Source: a virus (taxonomy: Duplodnaviria; Heunggongvirae; Uroviricota; Caudoviricetes). Taken from it: 26,649 nt of DNA. Of the stretch, positions 7,576 to 17,148 are shown one piece after another. Positions within the stretch are counted from its first letter, which is position 1, and each line of letters begins with the position of its first letter. Both the position numbers and the translations under genes were made by a program. The notes under the pieces are model-generated. The model worked only from the letters and a program-made list of their open reading frames with translations, did no database searches and was not told the DNA's origin. Location: IMG/VR virus record IMGVR_UViG_2778261572_000013, positions 1 through 26,649 of that record, one strand, 5' to 3'.

Positions 7576-9986
7576 GCCATGCTGATATGAACAACTGCAG
7601 CGGCTTTAACGAGGCCGCCGCAGCATTCTCATGGAACAGCCCGAAAAAGGCTATTAACCCTTATCTGGACCCGGCGGAAGTTGCGCCGGTTTCTGCGCTT
7701 TCAAACCTGATCACTCTGTACGCTGCCGATAACGAGCAGGAACAACTGCGCCGCGAGGCACTGAGTGATCAGGTTTGGGAGCGTTATTTCTTTAATGAAT
7801 CCCGTGATCCTGTCCAGCGCGAAATGGAGCAGGATAAGCTCATTAGCCGGGCAAAGTTGGCGCATGAGCAGCAGCGTTTTAACCCGGACATGGTCATTCT
7901 GGCAGACGTTAACGCCCAGCCTTCCCATATCAGCAGGCCGCTGATGCAACGTATTGAATACTTCAGCAGCCTTGGCAGGCCAAAGGCTTATTCCCGCTAT
8001 TTGCGTGAGACGATTAAGCCATGTCTGGAACGGCTGGAGCATGTACGCGACAGTCAGCTATCCACTTCTTTTCGCTTTATGGCAAGCCATGAAGGGCTGG
8101 ACGGCCTGCTGATTCTGCCTGAAATGAGTCAGGATCAGGTGAAACGCCTGTCCACCCTTGTTGCTGCGCATATGAGCATGTGCCTTGATGCAGCTTGTGG
8201 CGATTTGTATGCCACCGATGACGTTAAGCCAGAAGAAATCCGCAAGACATGGGAAAAGGTGGCAGCAGAAACCCTGCGACTGGATGTCATACCGCCTGCG
8301 TTTGAGCAACTCCGCCGGAAAAGAAACCGCCGTAAACCCGTGCCCTATGAACTCATTCCGGGTTCGCTGGCGCGTATGTTGTGCGCCGATTGGTGGTACC
8401 GGAAATTATGGAAGATGCGTTGCGAATGGCGGGAAGAGCAGTTGCGTGCTGTTTGCCTGGTCAGCAAAAAAGCATCTCCCTATGTCAGCTATGAAGCCGT
8501 GATGCATAAACGTGAGCAGCGCCGTAAGTCGCTGGAGTTTTTCCGTTCTCATGAACTGGTGAACGAAGACGGCGACACGCTGGACATGGAGGATGTGGTA
8601 AACGCCAGCAGCAGCAACCCTGCGCATCGCCGCAATGAGATGATGGCCTGTGTTAAAGGTCTGGAGCTTATCGCGGAAATGCGCGGTGACTGCGCCGTTT
8701 TCTACACCATCACCTGTCCGTCACGTTTCCATTCCACGCTAAATAACGGCAGGCTCAACCCGACCTGGACAAATACGACGGTAAGACAAAGCAGTGATTA
8801 TCTGGTCGGCATGTTTGCTGCATTTCGTAAGGCGATGCACAAAGCCGGATTGCGCTGGTATGGCGTGCGGGTGGCTGAGCCGCATCATGACGGTACAGTT
8901 CACTGGCACCTGTTGTGTTTTATGCGCAAAAAAGATCGCCGCACCATTACTGCTTTGTTGCGTAAGTTTGCCATTCGTGAAGACCGCGAGGAGCTGGGTA
9001 ATAACACGGGACCACGCTTTAAGTCTGAGCTGATAAACCCGCGCAAAGGTACGCCAACAAGCTACATCGCGAAATACATCAGTAAGAACATTGACGGGCG
9101 TGGTCTGGCTGGCGAGATCAGCAAGGAAACGGGTAAATCCCTGCGTGATAACGCTGAATACGTTAATGCCTGGGCGTCTCTGCATCGTGTTCAGCAATTC
9201 CGCTTCTTTGGAATTCCGGGGCGTCAGGCTTACCGTGAACTGCGATTGCTGGCTGGTCAGGCGGCAAGGCAACAGGGGGACAAAAAAGCAGGTGCGCCGG
9301 TACTGGATAACCCGCGCCTTGATGCAATCCTGGCTGCTGCTGATGCTGGTTGTTTTGCCACCTACATCATGAAGCAGGGCGGCGTACTGGTTCCCCGCAA
9401 ATATCACCTCATCAGAACTGCTTATGAAATCAACGAAGAACCGACCGCATATGGCGATCACGGTATTCGTATTTATGGCATCTGGTCACCCATTGCAGAG
9501 GGCAAGATCTGCACTCATGCGGTGAAGTGGAAAATGGTTCGTAAGGCCGTTGACGTTCAGGAGGCGGCAGCCGACCAGGGCGCTTGCGCCCCTTGGACTC
9601 GTGGCAATAACTGTCCCCTTGCTGAAAATTTGTACCAACAAGGGAAAGACAAATCAGCTGATGGAGATACCAGAACGGATATCACCCGCATGGATGACAA
9701 GGAGTTGCACGATTACCTGCACAGTATGAGCAAAAAAGAGCGCCGGGAACTGGCTGCAAGGTTACGCCTGGTGAAACCGAAACGGCGTAAAGACTACAAA
9801 CAGCGAATTACAGACCATCAGCGACAGCAGCTCGTCTATGAACTGGAGTCCAGAGGATTTAATGGCAGCGAGAAAGAGGTCGATTTACTCCTTCGCGGCG
9901 GCAGTATTCCGTCAGGAGCAGGTCTGCGTATCTTCTATCGGAACCAGCGTTTGCAGGAAGATGATAAGTGGCGAAACCTGTATTAA
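7572..9986 (+). CDS. A: Replication initiation endonuclease (P2 gpA-like rolling-circle initiator)
   Basis: 804-aa ORF at the P2 gene A position, start overlapping the dam stop. Contains an HxH-type motif (GTVHWHLL) and a Tyr-containing region ([10 protein letters not shown]) consistent with Rep-type nickases. Confidence 0.85.
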   Translation: MSHADMNNCSGFNEAAAAFSWNSPKKAINPYLDPAEVAPVSALSNLITLYAADNEQEQLRREALSDQVWERYFFNESRDPVQREMEQDKLISRAKLAHEQQRFNPDMVILADVNAQPSHISRPLMQRIEYFSSLGRPKAYSRYLRETIKPCLERLEHVRDSQLSTSFRFMASHEGLDGLLILPEMSQDQVKRLSTLVAAHMSMCLDAACGDLYATDDVKPEEIRKTWEKVAAETLRLDVIPPAFEQLRRKRNRRKPVPYELIPGSLARMLCADWWYRKLWKMRCEWREEQLRAVCLVSKKASPYVSYEAVMHKREQRRKSLEFFRSHELVNEDGDTLDMEDVVNASSSNPAHRRNEMMACVKGLELIAEMRGDCAVFYTITCPSRFHSTLNNGRLNPTWTNTTVRQSSDYLVGMFAAFRKAMHKAGLRWYGVRVAEPHHDGTVHWHLLCFMRKKDRRTITALLRKFAIREDREELGNNTGPRFKSELINPRKGTPTSYIAKYISKNIDGRGLAGEISKETGKSLRDNAEYVNAWASLHRVQQFRFFGIPGRQAYRELRLLAGQAARQQGDKKAGAPVLDNPRLDAILAAADAGCFATYIMKQGGVLVPRKYHLIRTAYEINEEPTAYGDHGIRIYGIWSPIAEGKICTHAVKWKMVRKAVDVQEAAADQGACAPWTRGNNCPLAENLYQQGKDKSADGDTRTDITRMDDKELHDYLHSMSKKERRELAARLRLVKPKRRKDYKQRITDHQRQQLVYELESRGFNGSEKEVDLLLRGGSIPSGAGLRIFYRNQRLQEDDKWRNLY

Positions 9987-10078
9987 TTACGCGGGTTAAC
10001 AATTCGTGCTCTTAATAATACCAGGCATATCAGGCTGATGAACGTAAAAAAACGTTTTACATCAGTAAGATTATTATA

Positions 10079-10098
10079 TACTGTAAATATAAACAGTG
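10079..10098. promoter_or_regulatory. LexA (SOS) box
   Basis: taCTGTaaatataaACAGtg matches the CTGT-N8-ACAG consensus, with promoter-like hexamers just upstream, about 45 bp before the 10140 ORF. Confidence 0.7.
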
Positions 10099-10139
10099 GT
10101 TATATATACAGTATTGCTTGTGGTGTCATAGGAGGAAAG

Positions 10140-10328
10140 ATGCAGGACTATTTTTTGGAGTCTTTGAAGCTCCAGCGCATTGATTTTTTTCTTAAGCTTG
10201 TAGCGGCTAGTGAGTGTAGTGATGAAGAGAAGGGGCTGGCTTTGCAGTGGGTTTCTGAACTGACAGATGAACTCATGGCAAAAATCAGAAGCCACGAATA
10301 CAACCGCTCAATGGATGTCATCAGCTGA
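10140..10328 (+). CDS. Small SOS-controlled protein, possible Tum-like antirepressor N-terminal module
   Basis: 62-aa ORF with strong RBS (AGGAGG) directly downstream of the LexA box; position matches the LexA-controlled tum locus of phage 186 after gene A. Confidence 0.45.
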   Translation: MQDYFLESLKLQRIDFFLKLVAASECSDEEKGLALQWVSELTDELMAKIRSHEYNRSMDVIS

Positions 10329-10338
10329 GGGGACTTTT

Positions 10339-10572
10339 ATGCGCATTGAAATAATGATCGATAAAGAGCAGAAGATTAGCCAGTCTACCCTGGACGCCCT
10401 TGAATCCGAGCTTTACCGCAATCTGCGCCCCCTGTATCCCAAAACGGTAATTCGTATCCGTAAAGGTAGCTCTAACGGTGTGGAACTGACCGGACTGCAA
10501 CTGGACGAAGAAAGGAAGCAAGTGATGAAAATTATGCAGAAGGTGTGGGAAGACGACAGCTGGCTGCATTAA
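10339..10572 (+). CDS. DinI-family protein
   Basis: 77 aa starting MRIEIMIDKEQ, ending WEDDSWLH; resembles DinI (MRIEVTIAK ... WESADDWF). RBS GAGGGGA. Confidence 0.75.
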   Translation: MRIEIMIDKEQKISQSTLDALESELYRNLRPLYPKTVIRIRKGSSNGVELTGLQLDEERKQVMKIMQKVWEDDSWLH

Positions 10573-10842
10573 GAAACGTTGCTGGCGTCTGAACTTGCTT
10601 CTGGCGTCAGCAAGGTTGAACAACGAGCTGTGCGAGGCGTTAGTGTCAATTTGTTACCTTAACCACGATATATGCTAGGAAATTAACAGTTCTTAAGAAA
10701 CCGCTTGCATGATCGAGCGCATTGAACTTAAGTTTAAGTAACGAAATCAACAGATGATATTGTTGTCTAAATTTTAAAGATAATCTGTTGAGGTTGTAGG
10801 CGTCGGAGTGTAGACTTCCGCGCCATGTAAAAAGGGGGAGTT

Positions 10843-11058
10843 ATGTCAAGCATCGCCGCATTTAGCCTGGGTAACCCAGTTGAACGTCTGGCAAGGGTTC
10901 TTAAAGAGAACCAGGACAAACTCAATCTTAGTAAAGATGGTTTTGTGTCCGTAGACTTGTCTAACAAAAGAGCAATGGATGCCATCAAGGCACAGATGGA
11001 TAAGCTTGAAGGCATCAAAACGAGCACTGTAAAAGAGAAAACTAATAGAACCAGATAA
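10843..11058 (+). CDS. Hypothetical small soluble protein (cassette 1, gene 1)
   Basis: 71 aa with strong RBS (AAGGGGGAG). AT-rich. Stop overlaps the next start (TAATG). Confidence 0.55.
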   Translation: MSSIAAFSLGNPVERLARVLKENQDKLNLSKDGFVSVDLSNKRAMDAIKAQMDKLEGIKTSTVKEKTNRTR

Positions 11059-11900
11059 TGGCAACATTACTTTTAGCAGTGATTTTGGTTAGTGGTTTTA
11101 TTTATGTAAACCTATCACTTTCAACAAGATACCGATATAAGCGTTCCAACGGCTGGGACGCTTATTTTTTTGTGGCTGCCTGGGGTATCGTTTTTTTTCT
11201 CCTTGGCGGTTTTTTCACCTTTATTTTGAACGTCAGCGGAGGGTTTCGTTGGCTGGCTAATGCCTTGAATCTAACACCTGACAGTTTTAATGGCATGTTG
11301 TCTTCATCGAAAGACAAACTTCAAAGAATAAATGAAATCAAACAGATAGCATGGGTTATGATTTCAATTGTCCTCGCTGCGATTTCAGGTTTTGGAAATA
11401 AGTTACGCACATCACGTGGAGATCGTCGCTGGGATGCCTTAGCTAAAGCTGTGGGTAATAACGCTTTCGAATCATTACTCATGGAAGCGTCCGCAAGACA
11501 GTTTCCGATCATAGCAACTCTGTCGTCTCGCAAAATCTATGTTGGTCTTGTTACTTGTCCGGCGTTAGAAAACGGGCTTTCAGAGCACCTTGAACTTCTC
11601 CCGATGTTAAGCGGATATCGGGATAAAGATGATCTAACGATTAGTATCACGACTAACTATCACCAACATTATCTTGATAGTGGTGTGATAAGTGGAATGT
11701 CTCGGCTTAATATCGAAGATTTCCGTGTGCTCATACCAAAAGATGAGGTTGAAACAATTTCGTTTTTTGATACTGAGACATATAACAAATTTAAAGAAAA
11801 TGAAGCCAGGGATAGAAAGAGCTGTCGAAAGATTGGTAGTAAAAGTGCATCTTCGCACAGCAAGCGTGCAGCAGATACTGAGTCAAATGATCGTGCATGA
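11058..11900 (+). CDS. Hypothetical membrane protein (cassette 1, gene 2)
   Basis: 280 aa; three hydrophobic segments in the first about 115 residues, then a hydrophilic domain of about 165 aa. Translationally coupled to the 71-aa gene. Confidence 0.55.
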   Translation: MATLLLAVILVSGFIYVNLSLSTRYRYKRSNGWDAYFFVAAWGIVFFLLGGFFTFILNVSGGFRWLANALNLTPDSFNGMLSSSKDKLQRINEIKQIAWVMISIVLAAISGFGNKLRTSRGDRRWDALAKAVGNNAFESLLMEASARQFPIIATLSSRKIYVGLVTCPALENGLSEHLELLPMLSGYRDKDDLTISITTNYHQHYLDSGVISGMSRLNIEDFRVLIPKDEVETISFFDTETYNKFKENEARDRKSCRKIGSKSASSHSKRAADTESNDRA

Positions 11901-11948
11901 CTATGCTGCATGAGATCGCATGATCGTTTGAGGATCGTTTTTGCTAAG

Positions 11949-11972
11949 GCCCGCCAGAACTGGCGGGCTTTT
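11949..11972 (+). terminator. Rho-independent terminator after cassette 1
   Basis: GCCCGCCAG-aa-CTGGCGGGC perfect 9-bp stem followed by TTTT. Confidence 0.7.
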
Positions 11973-12231
11973 GCATAGATCATGCACCTGCATGAAAACT
12001 ACTACATAAAGCGGGCAGGCGTGGCGGGGATACGAGCGCGCGCTGTCGGTATTTTCAAAATTTAAGTAAGATAGTAAATGCAAAATGTGTATCACTCTAT
12101 CGGGTACAGAAAAACCATTCAGAAACTATAATTGAACAGTAACAAACGTGATGATGTTCACTTTTTTAAATTTTTTATATAAACTGATGGGTACTATGAC
12201 AGTAATATGCCAGCTTGCGTGAGAATGAATT

Positions 12232-12696
12232 GTGGAAAAAGAGCTAAATCAAAATCAGATCAGTGAAGTGCAGATTAATGTCTGCCACAAAATCTATGAA
12301 TTTTTTAAGTCTTTAGATGGAGCATCCGATTTCAAAATCGAAACTGAAACCAGTGGCGATGATGGCGATCTAAGTTTTTCTTTTGAGCAATCAAAGACTA
12401 TTTTTAAAGTGGAAGTGCTTTCTACAGAATACTTTAAATTAATTAGAATTATAAATGCATTTGACTTTACCGCAACAAAGTCTATTGAGGAAATGAATTT
12501 ATTAGGCAGGGCAAATCAATTTAATGCATATGCAGTGGGCATTAAGGCTCTGGTTCATACTAAAAAAGTAGGTTATGTTGATTTCTGCGTAGATATATTA
12601 TCTTCTAAAGGTGACGTTAATTCTAGCGATCTTAATTTATCCTTGGTCTTACTAAGAAGTGCGCCAATGAATTTTCTGGCAGTAACTAAGGACTAG
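12232..12696 (+). CDS. Hypothetical acidic soluble protein (cassette 2, gene 1)
   Basis: 154-aa ORF from a GTG start, AT-rich, no recognised motif; followed 10 bp later by the next gene. Confidence 0.45.
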   Translation: MEKELNQNQISEVQINVCHKIYEFFKSLDGASDFKIETETSGDDGDLSFSFEQSKTIFKVEVLSTEYFKLIRIINAFDFTATKSIEEMNLLGRANQFNAYAVGIKALVHTKKVGYVDFCVDILSSKGDVNSSDLNLSLVLLRSAPMNFLAVTKD

Positions 12697-12706
12697 TGAG
12701 GACAAT

Positions 12707-13480
12707 ATGCCAACAAAGCCTAGTTTAGATGAAAATTCAACGTTAAACTTGAAGGCGCAATCTTATTTAAAAGCTGTCTCGGTAGATGCCTCAAATGATT
12801 CTACCCACAATGGATGGAATGCTGATGTAATTATTTTTTTTGTTTTCATTGTTGTTGTAATGGCTCTGACACTATCAAAATGGCTTCAGAATAAAATAGA
12901 TGAATTTATTTCAAAAAAATATTTTAGATGGGTTTTTTCTGGGGTAATTCTTCCAGCGATATCGTTAGGCTTAGCAAGCTACACAACAGCATCAAATCAA
13001 AAATTTGTATACATTGCTACAATTATAGTAAGTCTTGTGATTGGTGAGCGAGCTTCTGCACTGACAGCTGAGAAATCCGAACAACAACTTGAGGCTGAGA
13101 CAGGAAAATTAACTAGCAAAATAAGTGTGCTAGAAGCTGCACATACTAAGGCTTTGGAAAAGAAAGATGCTGAACTTGCAGCTAAAGGTAATGAAATTAG
13201 AGCTGTATCTGATGAGCTTACTAAAAGAGTTGATGAGTTACGTCAGAATTATTTGCGAAGATTGTACGAAATAGCTACAGATCATCAAGAGGCTGATTGT
13301 GTTGTCATTAAATTGAGAGTAAAAGAGGTGGCTCAAGATATTATGGCAACAAGTGGGCTTCTTTTAACTATGGATAGTATTGATTATCAGGTGAGAAATA
13401 ACCAAGTTCCGTTGCCACAGGAAAGTTCAATTGTTTATGAATATGCTATGAAGAATGCTAAAGCTCGAAATCAGCAATGA
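12707..13480 (+). CDS. Hypothetical membrane protein with coiled-coil domain (cassette 2, gene 2)
   Basis: 257 aa with RBS GTGAGGA; three hydrophobic segments (about residues 41-113), then a heptad-like charged region (EKSEQQLEAETGKLTSKISVLEAAHTKALEKKDAELAAKGNEIRAVSDELTKRVDELRQ). Confidence 0.55.
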   Translation: MPTKPSLDENSTLNLKAQSYLKAVSVDASNDSTHNGWNADVIIFFVFIVVVMALTLSKWLQNKIDEFISKKYFRWVFSGVILPAISLGLASYTTASNQKFVYIATIIVSLVIGERASALTAEKSEQQLEAETGKLTSKISVLEAAHTKALEKKDAELAAKGNEIRAVSDELTKRVDELRQNYLRRLYEIATDHQEADCVVIKLRVKEVAQDIMATSGLLLTMDSIDYQVRNNQVPLPQESSIVYEYAMKNAKARNQQ

Positions 13481-13484
13481 TTTT

Positions 13485-13516
13485 AAAGCCAAGTCAGTGT
13501 TAACTGACTTGGCTTT
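13485..13516. terminator. Bidirectional hairpin terminator between cassette 2 and portal gene
   Basis: Perfect 14-bp inverted repeat AAAGCCAAGTCAGT-gtta-ACTGACTTGGCTTT flanked by T/A runs, between convergent genes. Confidence 0.7.
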
Positions 13517-13518
13517 AA

Positions 13519-14547
13519 TTACAGTTTATATTCAGAGAAATTTATAATGCGCTCACCCAACCAATAATTAATCTCTGCAATCCGCATTTGCAGGGCTACT
13601 AGCTCATTTCGCACAAAAACATTTGCCGCCTTCTCTACATCCCCAAACCCTCCAACATTATTAGGCATTATCCCCATCATTTGCGGCGGTACGCGGTGCG
13701 CCGCCATCATGTCGTCCCGGCTCACGTTCTTGATATTCAGAAACTCATCCTTCGCCGCGACTTCTGACAGAGGAATGATCTGAAGCCCATCCTTTTTGCC
13801 GTTAGGCGAGTACATAAACAGGTTGCGGAAGTTACCCGGTCCTTTGGCGCTTTTCATTGCGTTGCGGAGGTTGTTCACATCCTCCTGGTTTTGCGCGGCA
13901 TCGGTCATGTACATGATGAAGCCTGCATGACTGCCGTTAATGTAATACTTCCGGCGGAACAGCGTGGCGGACTCGTTGAGCAGAGCGGATGGAATAGCAG
14001 AAAGATAGCCAGGCAGGCCGTAGATCTCCTGATTAATATCCGGTTCCATCAGATGAAAGATGCTGCCTTTCGTGAACTGATACGGCTGGGTTGCCATACC
14101 GTATTGCACAAACCAGTAGGTATCCAGGTCTAATCCGCGTCGAGTGTATTTTGCCAGGGCAGGTTCAAGGGCGATAACTTCACCGAAGCGGTTCGTGCGT
14201 TTCTCCAGGTAGGCATTACCAAATACCAGATAGTCCTGCACAAAACGTGAAAAAGCCTGCTGGCTGAGCAACGGGTGAGGGATATAGGTGCTGGTCAGAA
14301 TGTTGCACTTTACTGCAATCGGTGAGCTGTGGTGTACGGCGGCGCGGAAGGTTCGCGCCAGGCCGTCGAAACTCACTGGTGGCTCATACCAACGGTCCAT
14401 CTGTACGCATTCCACATAGTCCAGCAGTTCGCGGCGGTCCAGAACAGGAACGGGATCACCGAAGCTGAATGCTTCGGCTGAAGTCTGGTTTTTATGCTGG
14501 ATCTGTTTCGTCGCCGCAGCGCGGTTCTTCTTACTCTTTCCCATCAA
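13519..14547 (-). CDS. Q: Portal vertex protein (P2 gpQ-like)
   Basis: 342 aa (P2 Q is about 344 aa), leftward, adjacent to the terminase remnant, in the P2 cos-Q-P arrangement. Confidence 0.8.
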   Translation of the reverse strand: MMGKSKKNRAAATKQIQHKNQTSAEAFSFGDPVPVLDRRELLDYVECVQMDRWYEPPVSFDGLARTFRAAVHHSSPIAVKCNILTSTYIPHPLLSQQAFSRFVQDYLVFGNAYLEKRTNRFGEVIALEPALAKYTRRGLDLDTYWFVQYGMATQPYQFTKGSIFHLMEPDINQEIYGLPGYLSAIPSALLNESATLFRRKYYINGSHAGFIMYMTDAAQNQEDVNNLRNAMKSAKGPGNFRNLFMYSPNGKKDGLQIIPLSEVAAKDEFLNIKNVSRDDMMAAHRVPPQMMGIMPNNVGGFGDVEKAANVFVRNELVALQMRIAEINYWLGERIINFSEYKL

Positions 14548-15236
14548 AAAATCTCCACAATATTGCTGGTATTGGCGGACTCGCCCTGCAGTGGTTCGTT
14601 AAACAGTGCGTGCATTGTTGCCCAGGCCAGATCGGCATGGCTGGCTTCTTCGCTGCGGCTGGCTTCATAGGTCGGGCGGTTGCCGCTGGCGGTGGTGGCG
14701 CGACGGATTGCCATGAATGACTGCGCAATGTCGGTGTGCCCGGCGTCAAACTCAAGACGGCGGTGGCTGATAATGTCGTAGGCCTTGAGTACCAGGGCGT
14801 TTTTAACGTTGGGGTTGTAGACAAACTCCCGGACGGCAGGAAAAAACGCTTTCACGTTCTCGTAAACCCCGTGACCAACGCCGGTTGAGTCGATGCCGAT
14901 ATAGGTCACGTTGTACTGTTCGGTCAGTTTTTTGATGGCGTCAGCTTGGGCGCGAAAGTCCATTCCGCGCCACTGGTGACGCTCAAGAATGCGGAACTTA
15001 CCGCCTGGCACGGCTGGCGGTGCCACCACCACGCATCCGGCGCTGTCGCCGTTCTGCGTACCTTTTGCCGGGTCATAACCGATCCACACTTCGCGCCAGC
15101 CAAACGGGCGCAGGGCCAGTGCATGAAAGTCGGTCCAGACTTCCCAGCTGTCGGTACAAATACCGCGCATTGTTTCACTGCCCCCATCACCGCAACCATA
15201 AGGCTCCAGTAAGTTTTTTCTAACGGAGCACGGCTC
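14544..15236 (-). pseudogene. P: Terminase large subunit (gpP) 3' fragment; N-terminal ATPase domain missing
   Basis: Open frame ends where the O gene starts. The segment from about WIGYDPAKG...DSAGCVVVAPP onward resembles a terminase nuclease domain. No Walker A region is present, and the frame's first 47 codons are antisense to the O start. Confidence 0.6.
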
Positions 15237-16070
15237 ATGACAGTGAAAGCAAAGCGTTTTCGCATCGGGGTGGAAGGTGCCACCACCGACGGACGCGAAA
15301 TCCAGCGTGAATGGCTGGAACAGATGGCAGCCAGCTACAACCCGGCGGTGTATACCGCGCTGATTAACCTTGAGCACATCAAGTCTTATCTGCCGGACAG
15401 CACCTTTAACCGCTACGGCAAGGTGACGGCGCTGTTTGCTGAAGAAATCACGGAGGGTCCGCTGGCGGGCAAGATGGCACTGTATGCCGACGTTGAGCCA
15501 ACGGAGTCCCTGGTGGAACTGGTGAAAAAAGGCCAGAAATTATTCACCTCTATGGAAGTCAGCCCGAAGTTTGCTGATACGGGCAAAGCCTACCTGGTCG
15601 GCCTGGCAGCCACTGATGACCCAGCCAGTCTGGGTACGGAAATGCTGACATTCAGCGCCAGCGCAGCCCATAACCCGCTGGCAAACCGCAAGCAGAATCC
15701 CGCCAATCTCTTTACCGCCGCAGAGGAAACGGTGATCGAACTGGAAGAAATCCAGGATGACAAACCGTCCCTGTTTGCCCGTGTCACGGCGCTGTTTACA
15801 AAAAAAGAGCAGTCCGACGATGCCCGGTTTTCTGATGTGCATAAGGCCGTGGAACTGGTCGCCACTGAGCAGCAAAACCTGAGTGTGCGCACCGAAAAAT
15901 CCCTTTCTGAGCAGGAAGAACGTCTGTCTGAGCTGGAGACAGTTCTGCAGGCACAACAGGCCGCCTTTAACGAACTGGTGGACAAGCTGAGCCATGAAGA
16001 CAGCCGCCAGGACTACCGCCAGCGTGCAACGGGCGGTAACGCCCCCGCTGACACTCTGACCAATTGCTGA
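15237..16070 (+). CDS. O: Capsid scaffolding protein (P2 gpO-like)
   Basis: 277 aa (P2 O is about 284 aa), first gene of the rightward head operon, GGAG RBS. Confidence 0.8.
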   Translation: MTVKAKRFRIGVEGATTDGREIQREWLEQMAASYNPAVYTALINLEHIKSYLPDSTFNRYGKVTALFAEEITEGPLAGKMALYADVEPTESLVELVKKGQKLFTSMEVSPKFADTGKAYLVGLAATDDPASLGTEMLTFSASAAHNPLANRKQNPANLFTAAEETVIELEEIQDDKPSLFARVTALFTKKEQSDDARFSDVHKAVELVATEQQNLSVRTEKSLSEQEERLSELETVLQAQQAAFNELVDKLSHEDSRQDYRQRATGGNAPADTLTNC

Positions 16071-16086
16071 TGGAGCACAAAACCTG

Positions 16087-17145
16087 ATGAAGAAGAATAC
16101 CCGCTTTGCTTTTAACGCTTACCTGCAGCAGCTGGCGCGTCTGAACGGTGTGGCAGTTGAAGAACTGTCCAGCAAGTTCACCGTGGAGCCGTCTGTACAG
16201 CAGACGCTGGAAGACCAGATCCAGCAGTCCGCCGCTTTCCTGACGCTGATTAACGTCACGCCAGTGACTGAGCAGTCCGGTCAGCTGCTGGGGCTGGGTG
16301 TTGGCAGCACCATTGCCGGAACCACTGACACCACCGCGAAAGAGCGTGAACCTGTCGATCCGACGCTGATGGTCGATGTGGAATACAAATGCGAACAGAC
16401 CAACTTTGACACAGTGCTGACCTACGCGAAGCTGGACCTGTGGGCGAAGTTTCAGGATTTCCAGGTGCGTATCCGTAACGCCATTGTGAAACGTCAGGCA
16501 CTGGACCGCATCATGATCGGCTTTAACGGCGTGAAGCGTGCGAAAACCTCCAACCGCAGCGAAAACCCGCTGCTGCAGGATGTGAACAAAGGCTGGTTGC
16601 AGAAAATCCGTGAGGATGCACCGGATCACGTCATGGGCACCACCACCACGGGCGGTGAAACCACACCGGGTGCGGTGAAAGTCGGGAAAGGTGGCGAATA
16701 TGCCAACCTGGACGCCGTAGTGATGGATGCCGTCAATGAGCTTATCGACGTGGTCTACCAGGACGATGATGATCTGGTGGTGATTTGCGGTCGTGAACTG
16801 CTGTCTGACAAGTACTTCCCGCTGGTCAATAAAGAGCAGGAAAACAGTGAAAAACTGGCTGCCGATATGATCATCAGTCAGAAACGCATGGGTGGCCTGC
16901 AGGCCGTGCGTGCGCCGTTCTTCCCGCCGAATGCGCTGCTGATCACCCGTCTGGATAACCTGTCCATCTACTGGCAGGAAGATACCCGCCGCCGTTCAGT
17001 TATCGACAACCCGAAACGTGACCGGATTGAAAATTTTGAATCCGTTAACGAAGCCTATGTGGTTGAGGACTATCGCTGCGCTGCACTGGTGGAAAACATC
17101 CAGATTGGTGACTTCAGCGCCGCCGCAGCAGAAACCGGAGCGTAA
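16087..17145 (+). CDS. N: Major capsid protein (P2 gpN-like)
   Basis: 352 aa, follows O; size and order as P2 N. Confidence 0.8.
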   Translation: MKKNTRFAFNAYLQQLARLNGVAVEELSSKFTVEPSVQQTLEDQIQQSAAFLTLINVTPVTEQSGQLLGLGVGSTIAGTTDTTAKEREPVDPTLMVDVEYKCEQTNFDTVLTYAKLDLWAKFQDFQVRIRNAIVKRQALDRIMIGFNGVKRAKTSNRSENPLLQDVNKGWLQKIREDAPDHVMGTTTTGGETTPGAVKVGKGGEYANLDAVVMDAVNELIDVVYQDDDDLVVICGRELLSDKYFPLVNKEQENSEKLAADMIISQKRMGGLQAVRAPFFPPNALLITRLDNLSIYWQEDTRRRSVIDNPKRDRIENFESVNEAYVVEDYRCAALVENIQIGDFSAAAAETGA

Positions 17146-17148
17146 TTC

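Noticed and set aside
10586-10617. Hairpin TTGCTGGCGTC...GGCGTCAGCAA after the DinI-like gene as a possible terminator
   Set aside because: The stem needs two G-U wobbles and there is no downstream U-tract; not convincing as an intrinsic terminator.
10767-11027. 86-aa minus-strand ORF overlapping cassette 1 gene 1
   Set aside because: Antisense to an ORF that has a strong RBS and coupled downstream gene; no RBS of its own; likely spurious.
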